Source of the DNA: a virus
Direction: 5' to 3' (one strand)
IMG/VR virus record: IMGVR_UViG_3300044712_000688
Coordinates: 32,001 to 96,000 of that record
Length of the DNA stretch: 64,000 nucleotides
The stretch's first letter is position 1; every line of letters starts with the position of its first letter. Made by a program: the position numbers and the translations under genes. The notes beneath the pieces were generated by a model that did not search any database, was not told the origin of the DNA, and saw nothing but the letters and a program-made list of their open reading frames with translations. Shown piece after piece: positions 26,501 to 33,723 of the stretch.

Positions 26501-26616
26501 AGTCACTTGGGCTTGAGATTACTCGCTCGGGTGATTATGCGGAAGGAGTTATCCCCCTTTCACCTTCCGCAAAGAGAGCGGTAGCAATTCCCCCCAATTG
26601 CTACCGTTTTTCTTTT
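26501..26616 (+). ncRNA. Candidate three-hairpin small RNA with C-rich loops
   Basis: Promoter TTGCGA-N17-TAAACT (26466-94); stems 26503-12/26525-34, 26539-46/26563-70, terminator 26579-26616; no ORF. Confidence 0.6.
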
Positions 26617-26774
26617 GTCTGGATTAGGGCCGCGCTCGCGGTGATCGATCAGAGCTGCACCCTGGCCGGACCGGAGCTTGCCGGGATCGAAACGCGCTCG
26701 CGGAATTCGTTTGAAGTTGCTTGCTTTTCTTGTTGTTGTGGAGTAACCTGTTGGTATCCAAAGAAAGGGAAACA

Positions 26775-26915
26775 ATGGAAACCAAAGAGATTACCGAGTG
26801 CTACAAATGCCAAACCGAGATTGAAGCATTCGTTGGGCAAGTTCATCCGTTGTGTGATGAGTGTCAAGAAAGTTTTGACGATTGGTTCGCACAACAATTG
26901 CGGATGTTCAAGTAA
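26775..26915 (+). CDS. 46-aa Zn-ribbon protein (CYKC...CDEC)
   Basis: GAAAGGGAAAC RBS. Confidence 0.75.
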   Translation: METKEITECYKCQTEIEAFVGQVHPLCDECQESFDDWFAQQLRMFK

Positions 26916-26992
26916 TCGCACGACACGACTAACCTAGTTGCGTGTTTGAGCAAACTAGGCTAATCTGGAATTACCTAGAAAGGGGAAACGAA

Positions 26993-27142
26993 ATGGCAAA
27001 GCAAGACACGATTTGGATTGGTTGCTGGGATTGTGGTAAGACTATTGAAGTGCCTTGGATTGGGGACTATTCAAGTCGCCAGATTTGTGCCGAGTGTAAA
27101 GCAGAAAGGGCTGAAAAATGGGCAGTAATCTCGAAGGGCTAA
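26993..27142 (+). CDS. 49-aa Zn-ribbon protein (CWDC...CAEC)
   Basis: GAAAGGGGAAACGAAATG start motif, own promoter. Confidence 0.75.
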   Translation: MAKQDTIWIGCWDCGKTIEVPWIGDYSSRQICAECKAERAEKWAVISKG

Positions 27143-27168
27143 GTCGCTACAAAAGGCGCAAGGAAATT

Positions 27169-27342
27169 ATGAACGCACGAAAGACCGCACTAGAAGTCTT
27201 TGGGGCGCTCGCCGAGTATGACGCAAAGCCAGAAGTCTTTTCGATTTTCGATGGAATGGAATTCGAAGTCGTGAACGAAACTGGAATGGCGTTGGATGTT
27301 GAGTTCGTTGGTCGCACCATTACAATTAGGAATTGGAAATAA
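27169..27342 (+). CDS. 57-aa hypothetical protein
   Basis: AAGGA RBS. Confidence 0.65.
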   Translation: MNARKTALEVFGALAEYDAKPEVFSIFDGMEFEVVNETGMALDVEFVGRTITIRNWK

Positions 27343-27365
27343 TCGTGATTGGATTTCACCGTTTT

Positions 27366-27539
27366 ATGGAAAAGTTTTGGCGAGTGATTAGCGCGATTGC
27401 CTTTCGCACTTTTCACACTACGCAGACGCTCGCGCATAAGTCTTATGTAAAGGGTGGTCGCCACGGTCGCCGTCGTCAGGAACGCAAACCCCTAACCGCA
27501 ATCTGGAAGTGGTGGCAGAATGTCAAAGCGCAATTCTGA
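27366..27539 (+). CDS. Basic hypothetical protein
   Basis: ATG 27366 in ORF-track frame. Confidence 0.5.
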   Translation: MEKFWRVISAIAFRTFHTTQTLAHKSYVKGGRHGRRRQERKPLTAIWKWWQNVKAQF

Positions 27540-27681
27540 GTTCGCGATTATTTGGCGTGGCCTTGCTGTTGGGCTAGGGTTTGTCTTTATTATGGGGTTC
27601 GCGATCGGTTATCGTGACGGGCTTACCCCCTGGTTTTTGCTTGGCGCAGCTACTGTTTGTTGGTGGCTATCAAGAAATTGA
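27520..27681 (+). CDS. 53-aa two-TM membrane protein
   Basis: MSKRNSEFAIIWRGLAVGLGFVFIMGFAIG...; not in ORF track. Confidence 0.55.
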   Translation: MSKRNSEFAIIWRGLAVGLGFVFIMGFAIGYRDGLTPWFLLGAATVCWWLSRN

Positions 27682-27752
27682 TTTGACTTTTTAGGGAAAC
27701 GCAGTAAACTGATTCTGTTAGCAAATGCTGACACTTACGAAAGGGAAACAAA

Positions 27753-28124
27753 ATGGGAACAAAGGTATTCGCAATTCGTATCAATGAAGATGGCGGATTT
27801 GTTTTCGGGGACGAAACTCACGAAGTAATTTCACTTGACTTTCTACAGTCATTCGTTGGCGGTTGGGTTCAGGTTGTGCCACTATCTGGTTCACTCTCTG
27901 GCTTGTCAATGTGGCTAAACGAAGAAGGCAAGTTTTCAGACCTTCCGCTAAATGAGTTGGCAACCGCAATTTGGGAAGACTCATACGGCAAGACTGATTT
28001 TATCGTTGGCAATGTTCTAATCACTGGTGGCGAAGACTACGATGGTGAGATTGAAACTCTCACTAGTGAAGAAACTGATAAGATTATGGAAGTTGTTCTG
28101 AAAGCAATGGAACACTCTCACTAA
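27753..28124 (+). CDS. DUF3846-family protein
   Basis: LQSFVGGWVQVV...WLNEEGK...LP.N..AT...DFIVGNVLITG. Confidence 0.85.
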   Translation: MGTKVFAIRINEDGGFVFGDETHEVISLDFLQSFVGGWVQVVPLSGSLSGLSMWLNEEGKFSDLPLNELATAIWEDSYGKTDFIVGNVLITGGEDYDGEIETLTSEETDKIMEVVLKAMEHSH

Positions 28125-28396
28125 GTTTCGTTTCCCTACGAAAAAAGACCTAGGCTAAGTCTCTAAACTGGCCTTTTATCACGCCTAGATTATGGAAGCT
28201 CGCGCTCGCAGTTTTGATCAAAATTGTTCGCAGCTTGGCCCGGCCCTGGCCTAGTTGGTCGATCCGCGCTCGCCGGCCTTGGTCGATCCGCGCAGCTCGA
28301 CACGCTCGCAAACATTCGTTGGAAGTTGCTTGACTTTTACTCGCGCAGTGTGGCAAGATTGAGTTAGCCGAAAGGCACTAAGGAAAGGGAAACAAA

Positions 28397-28825
28397 ATGG
28401 AAACTGTAGTAATGGCATTCGAAACTTTCGAGATTACCAATTCTTGTATCTGTGAAGATTACGATGAAGACACCGAGATGTCGTCACCTAGCAACGAATG
28501 TTGGGGTTGCTATGACGATGAAGTTAGCAACTTGTGGTATGAAGTCATCAAGCCTTGGATGAACGCGAATGGCTACGATGAAGCCACTAACCTAATCATT
28601 CGCGGAAGTGGAATGACTTGGCAACGCTTGAGCGGATACGCTTACGCGACACCGAAGACGCTTGTTGAGAAGTTGTCTATCAACGGCGATTGGACACTAA
28701 GGTTCAAGATTACAGACGGCGCGAAGACACTCACCGCTGTTCGCTACTCTCACGATGAGCCAGTTGGCACTGGCGAGTTTACTTTCGAAGTTGCCGAAGA
28801 AGAAGACGAAGACGAATTGTTCTAG
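28397..28825 (+). CDS. Acidic protein with CxC...CxxC
   Basis: Start motif, own promoter. Confidence 0.8.
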   Translation: METVVMAFETFEITNSCICEDYDEDTEMSSPSNECWGCYDDEVSNLWYEVIKPWMNANGYDEATNLIIRGSGMTWQRLSGYAYATPKTLVEKLSINGDWTLRFKITDGAKTLTAVRYSHDEPVGTGEFTFEVAEEEDEDELF

Positions 28826-28936
28826 CGCGACACGCTCGCGACACGCAACCGCCCGATGTGGCGGTTGTTGTGTTTTTGGCAGATGTGTGGCATACTTTTG
28901 TTATCGGCAGAAAGCCGAAAAACGAAAGGGAAACAA

Positions 28937-29107
28937 ATGGCACTAGACGCACAGACCGCAAACACCGTTCGACACTTGCTAATGCGCTTGTCGGCAGAGA
29001 CAACCGTAGACGCTTGGTTGCTCGCAGAGAATGAAGAATTGGCAGAAATGTGGAAAGACGGCGCAACCTATGAGCAAATGCTCGAATGGGTAAACGAAAA
29101 CTTTTAG
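28937..29107 (+). CDS. 56-aa hypothetical protein
   Basis: AAAACGAAAGGGAAACAAATG; terminator 29120-29151. Confidence 0.75.
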   Translation: MALDAQTANTVRHLLMRLSAETTVDAWLLAENEELAEMWKDGATYEQMLEWVNENF

Positions 29108-29389
29108 CCCGAAGAAATGGAAAGCCCTCGCGAAAGCGGGGGTTTTCTTTTTACGCGCTCGCGGGTTTTTGATTCTGATCGATCACCGGCCAGGACCGCG
29201 CAGCTTGTTCGTTCGAAGTTGGCAGCTTGTTCGCCGGATACCGCCGGGCTTAGGCAGCTTGTTCGCCGGGGCAAGGCCGGAAGCCGTTATCAATTTGTTA
29301 CAAAAATTATTTGGAAATTGACTTGTATTTTCGAAAAATAGAGTATGCTTATTACATAAGCCGAAAGGCAAAAACGAAAGGGAAACGAA

Positions 29390-29722
29390 ATGCTACTAAA
29401 CACTAAGACCGAGATTGCTTTCACTACTGGCGAGATTGACGGCAAGAAGTTCATCGGCGCAACCAAAGCAGACGCAAGCGCAGTTTTCACCGCTTGGCTA
29501 AACGACAACCTAGATTGGGTTTCGGCAGGGCGTGAGAACAACGCGGTTGAGATTGTTGGCGTATCTTATGACTTGGTTTCGTTCAACAATTCTGTTTATG
29601 TCGCTTGGTTGTGCAATGAATGCGAGAGCAACGATTGCGAGAGCGATGGCGAACCGCACGAAGAAGAGATTGGCAATTGCCGATTCGAAGATTTGGAATT
29701 GGTTAGCGAGTATCGGCGCTAA
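29390..29722 (+). CDS. Hypothetical protein with CNEC...C...C
   Basis: Start motif; terminator 29735-29768. Confidence 0.8.
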   Translation: MLLNTKTEIAFTTGEIDGKKFIGATKADASAVFTAWLNDNLDWVSAGRENNAVEIVGVSYDLVSFNNSVYVAWLCNECESNDCESDGEPHEEEIGNCRFEDLELVSEYRR

Positions 29723-30148
29723 CCCCAAACCCGAAAGCCCCTAGCAGAGATGCTAGGGGTTTCTTTTTGTGTGGATTGTTTCGCGCTCGCGGTCTCTAAT
29801 TTTGATCGAAATTGCTCGCAGCTTGTTGGTCGATCGACCGAAGTTTTTGGCAGCTCGCGCCGGGTTGTTCGCAGCTCATACCCCAAACCTTGCCGGGTTG
29901 TTCGTTAGAAGTTTGCCGGATTGCTCGCAGCTCATAGTCGGATTGCGCCGGGCCTTGCCGGGTTAGAAGCAGCTCGCGCTCGCCGGATTGGTTGGAAGTT
30001 GGTTAGCAGTCTGCCGGGGCGAGTGCTAATTTCCCGTTATCAAACTGTGATAAAAATTTTCTCGAATTGACTTGACAAAAGAAAAAATACCGCTTATGCT
30101 TATTCCATAAGCCAAACGGCTTAGATACAAAAACGAAAGGGAAACAAA

Positions 30149-30451
30149 ATGACCGCAAAGACCGCAACCGTAGCAGTAGACCTAGTTTCACTCATCGCCG
30201 AGTTGGTAGATGTGAAGAAGGCAAAGGCAGACCTAGCAAACCGCGAGAGCGCAATTCGCAAGGTTGTCTTGGCAGAAACTGGAAATACCGCAACCGTAAT
30301 CGCAGACCCAAAAACTGGCGAAGTGATTGCCGAAGTGACCGAGAGCGTTCGCCGTTCGGTAAACGATTGGGAAGAGTTCGAAGCAACTTACCCAGAAGCA
30401 TACGAAGCCTTGGTGAAGTTCACCGATGTTTTGACCCTGAACACAAAGTAA
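30149..30451 (+). CDS. Coiled-coil small protein, paralogue of 23424-23723
   Basis: See paralogue; terminator 30461-30498. Confidence 0.8.
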   Translation: MTAKTATVAVDLVSLIAELVDVKKAKADLANRESAIRKVVLAETGNTATVIADPKTGEVIAEVTESVRRSVNDWEEFEATYPEAYEALVKFTDVLTLNTK

Positions 30452-30644
30452 AGGGAAAGCGAAAGCCCCTAGCCCGAAAGGGTTAGGGGTTTTCTTTTGC
30501 GCTCGCCAGGATTTGCCTTGGTCGATCCGCGCAACACGCTGAAGAAAAAAAGTTTTGGAATTGACTTGACAAATAAATTAGACCCTGTATGCTTATTACA
30601 TAAGCCAAAAGGGCTTGAGAAAAAAACGAAAGGGAAACAGAAAA

Positions 30645-30938
30645 ATGACTTACACGAAGCACGAAGTAGCGCAGGGTATCGCAGCTTGGTTCGCAATTCT
30701 ATCGGCAGGAATTGTCGCGCCGTTTAGCCTAGAGTTCGTTGGCGTTATCAACTCGATTGGATACGCAGACCTAGCCGAGAAGCAGGCCGACATTGCGCCT
30801 TACCTATTCGGTTCGCTCGCCGTCTTGGTTGTGGCTATGGCGGTTCTGATTGGTTCGTATGTGGCCGAGAACAGGTTCTGGCTACGCCGTAGCCTTGCCG
30901 ACAAACTGGAAAGGCTCGCGCTCGCCGTTCGTGGCTAA
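30645..30938 (+). CDS. Two-TM membrane protein
   Basis: Start motif; terminator 30953-30987. Confidence 0.75.
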   Translation: MTYTKHEVAQGIAAWFAILSAGIVAPFSLEFVGVINSIGYADLAEKQADIAPYLFGSLAVLVVAMAVLIGSYVAENRFWLRRSLADKLERLALAVRG

Positions 30939-31097
30939 CCCCCTAGCCGAGAAGCCCCTAGCCGATTGTGGCTAGGGGTTTTTCTTTACCGCGACACGCT
31001 CGAAAAAAAAGTTTGCGGAAACCCTTGACAATTGGTTTAGGGTTGGTAAATTAGAAGTGTTAGGTGATACCGCCTAGCAAAACGAAAGGGAAATGAA

Positions 31098-31331
31098 ATG
31101 AACATTCAGAAGTTTGAGAAGGCACAAGACAGACTAACCGCGGTTGTATTCGTTGCGGGTATGGTTGCTTGGTTCTTTGGCGCGGATTACTACGGCTTGG
31201 CTATGGCTAATGACCTAAGCGGATTCGGTGAAGTTGCTTACCCGATTATTCTTGCCGTTAGCGCGGTTGTGGCTATTACCGCGCTCGCGGTGAAAGCCTA
31301 CGGATACCGCCTAGCAAAGACTTACCGCTAA
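31098..31331 (+). CDS. Two-TM membrane protein
   Basis: Start motif; terminator 31351-31383. Confidence 0.75.
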   Translation: MNIQKFEKAQDRLTAVVFVAGMVAWFFGADYYGLAMANDLSGFGEVAYPIILAVSAVVAITALAVKAYGYRLAKTYR

Positions 31332-32272
31332 CCCCCTAAGCGGTAAACCGAAAGCCCCCTAGCCCCCTAGGGGGTTTTCTTTTGCCGTTGCCGTCTAGGA
31401 TTGCTCGCAGCTTGGGCTTGCCGTTGCTTGGTTGTTGGGTTGGTTGTTGGTCGATCCGCGCGTGAGTATCGCGCCCCCGGAAATGGCTCGCCAGTTTTGC
31501 TCGCGTGTTGCTTGGCTAGGCACACACACACACAAACACGCAGGGCTAGGTTTGCTCGAAGCAAAGCTCGAAGACTTGGCAGAAGTTTGCCTAGGCTCGC
31601 CAGGATTAGGCTAACCCCTAAACCCTAGCCCCCTAGGTTCGTTGATAGGTTGTTAGCCCCTAGGCAGACTTATGATGACCCCCAAAGGTTCGTGAGAAGG
31701 CTCGCACACACACAAGACACAAAGACCTAGGCACTTAGTCTTGACCCTTTCGAAGTTGTATCACTATGACCCCCTAGAAAAAAACTTTTTTTATTTTTGG
31801 CAGGAAAAAGGCACTAACTATCAACGAAGAAAAAAGGAAGGCATACCCCCTACTTTTAGGAAACAATTTCGGGGGCGGCCACGATCAACGACTGCCGTCT
31901 CACCCGCCAAAAGCACCTAGCGGTCAATATAGCATAGTACCCCCCTTCTGCAAATTCCTCGGCCAAATAGACGCCCCTATTTACAAAATCCAGCTCCACA
32001 AATTTTCAAAAAAATCGTCCAGGGGTACCATACTTCAACAAAAAGTCAAGCCCCACGCCAAATAATAGACGCCCCTACGGGTGTAAAATAGATCATACGG
32101 AGAGCACATCCGAGCAATAAAAGCTCAGGGTGTGCTTTTTTGCATCTCTGGATATTTGGAGTTGCATTGGGTATTTGCTTATGCTAGGCTCTCCGTTTAT
32201 AACTGAATATTGAAACAAACACCAAGACAATAAACGCCGAGAAATTACTCTCAAAGGAAAGGTAGGCGCTAA

Positions 32273-32872
32273 ATGAAATGGTTAACATTTCTACTGACTG
32301 CATCCACAACGGCAGCCACCGCAACAAATGCGGGGGTGCTGCCCCCAGGATCAGAAGTAACAAACGCCCCTACGGCCGTAGTCTCATTCCAAGAGCACGA
32401 GCCGGAGGATCTGATGAAGACAATCTTCGCTATGCAAGTAGAGAAGACTCTTCTAGAAGAACAAGTAGCTCGTGCAGAGCAACTTGAGGCAAACCGAACA
32501 AAACTAGACGCTATGGTTTCCAAACTCCAAAAGACGGTTGGAAAAACATGGTACGTCTTCTCCGGAGCCACCCCACAAGGTTGGGATTGCTCTGGCCTAG
32601 TGCTTTGGGCCTACGAACAAGTAGGGATCACCCTGGAGCACCGTGCATCACTCCAAGCCACGGCAGGAAAAGTAACAGACGCCCCTACTCCAGGTGACAT
32701 CGTTGTATTCACCTACAAGGGATATAAGTCCGCTTACCACACTGCAATTTACATTGGTAATGGATTGATGATTCATGCTCCACGCAGGGGTGAGGTGACT
32801 CGAATCGAGTCCGTTGAGCAATTCGCAGGAAACTATTCCAAAATTACGTATCGAAACCTGCTTGACAACTAA
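32273..32872 (+). CDS. Secreted NlpC/P60 peptidase
   Basis: Signal peptide; YVFSG.TP.GWDCSGLV, PGDIVVF, HTAIYIGNGLMIHA with catalytic Cys and His intact. Confidence 0.9.
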   Translation: MKWLTFLLTASTTAATATNAGVLPPGSEVTNAPTAVVSFQEHEPEDLMKTIFAMQVEKTLLEEQVARAEQLEANRTKLDAMVSKLQKTVGKTWYVFSGATPQGWDCSGLVLWAYEQVGITLEHRASLQATAGKVTDAPTPGDIVVFTYKGYKSAYHTAIYIGNGLMIHAPRRGEVTRIESVEQFAGNYSKITYRNLLDN

Positions 32873-32895
32873 ACCATAAGGTGTATGCTTGTTGT

Positions 32896-33093
32896 ATGGC
32901 AAATACGAACCCAACAAGCGACACCGTAACGGTAGTAAGTGCCGACCCTTTTGCAATCCTATTTTTTGCTGGGGTCGGCATTTACTTTCTCGTGCGTCTA
33001 TTCCACCTCTACAAGCTCTACCGTAAGCACAAGAAAAACAACGAACCTTCGGCGCTCTTAGGCGTCGTCTACCCGCATAAGGACGTCCATTAA
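32896..33093 (+). CDS. Single-TM protein (leaderless)
   Basis: TTGACA-N16-TATGCT-N6-ATG. Confidence 0.65.
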   Translation: MANTNPTSDTVTVVSADPFAILFFAGVGIYFLVRLFHLYKLYRKHKKNNEPSALLGVVYPHKDVH

Positions 33094-33303
33094 ATGACAC
33101 GCTTCATTCTTTTCCTTCGCCAGATTGCCTGGATCCCCACACTCTCCATTATTTCGGCTCTGACGGCTCTGCTAATCACAATAACGGCGTCTATTACTAC
33201 GACTCCCGCCACCCCCGCCACAAGCATCCTTGCCGTCGCAATGCTCGCAATAACCCTTAGCCTGATCTCTATTGCACTGGCAATTTTGAGCGATAAGGAA
33301 TGA
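33094..33303 (+). CDS. Two-TM membrane protein
   Basis: Hydrophobic ORF. Confidence 0.65.
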   Translation: MTRFILFLRQIAWIPTLSIISALTALLITITASITTTPATPATSILAVAMLAITLSLISIALAILSDKE

Positions 33304-33485
33304 AAATGACATCTCCACTGATTGTTATTTTGACAATTGCAGGTTTTGCAGCTACTCTTCTAGCAGTTCTGTTTTTGACTGTAAAAACGCTCTACACGGC
33401 ACTATCAGAAGATGACGGATCTATTCACGACTTAGGAGACGGAGAGAACTTTGCGAGACAAACCAGTAGTAATCGAAACAACTAG
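33300..33485 (+). CDS. Single-TM protein
   Basis: Overlapping start/stop. Confidence 0.6.
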   Translation: MKMTSPLIVILTIAGFAATLLAVLFLTVKTLYTALSEDDGSIHDLGDGENFARQTSSNRNN

Positions 33486-33723
33486 TTACGAGGAGTTTCG
33501 CGACAACATTCATCTGACCCAGCTGTTTGACATGCTCGACTGCACGGTAGAGATTGTTGCCAGCCCGATTGGACCTGTAGAGGACATCGAGCGAATTGTT
33601 GCACTGATTGAATCAATGATCAACGTTGTTGACGTACGAATTACGTCTCACGTTGACAGTGAGGATTATGTGATAACTTTAACCCCTGTTGTAATGACCG
33701 CAATTAAGCGACCACGAAAGTAA
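33451..33723 (+). CDS. Hypothetical protein
   Basis: GGAG RBS, TTG start. Confidence 0.55.
   Translation: MRDKPVVIETTSYEEFRDNIHLTQLFDMLDCTVEIVASPIGPVEDIERIVALIESMINVVDVRITSHVDSEDYVITLTPVVMTAIKRPRK

Larger units (their letters stand above)
18408..31100 (+). repeat. Start-associated sequence (A)AAACGAAAGGGAAAC(A/G)AAATG, at least 12 copies with variants
   Basis: Precedes ATGs at 18424, 20749, 22668, 25032, 25397, 26775, 26993, 27753, 28397, 28937, 29390, 30149, 30645, 31098. Confidence 0.9.
14281..31460 (+). other. Array of about 20 autonomous promoter-RBS-gene-terminator cassettes (host-takeover/early module) separated by palindrome-dense spacers
   Basis: All genes on + strand. Promoters (-35/-10 starts) include 14333/14357, 16183/16207, 19624/19647, 20671/20695, 21263/21286, 22169/22192, 23343/23366, 23913/23936, 24965/24988, 25868/25891, 26466/26489, 26721/26744, 26938/26961, 27683/27705, 30072/30095, 30566/30588, 31025/31047. 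Confidence 0.85.

Noticed and set aside
20596-29983. CGCGCTCGCG as a ClgR operator
   Set aside because: As I recall it, ClgR boxes are CGC-N5-GCG; this is CGC-N4-GCG and lies after terminators rather than at promoters
14281-31460. CRISPR array or integron attC array interpretation of the repeated spacers
   Set aside because: No constant-length direct repeats with unique spacers, no GTTRRRY/RYYYAAC attC ends, and no cas or integrase gene in the window
31600-31680. Telomere-like or G-quadruplex repeats (TAGGGG on minus strand)
   Set aside because: G runs are irregularly spaced and overlap CCCCTAG units shared with terminators; cannot be supported as a G4 or telomere
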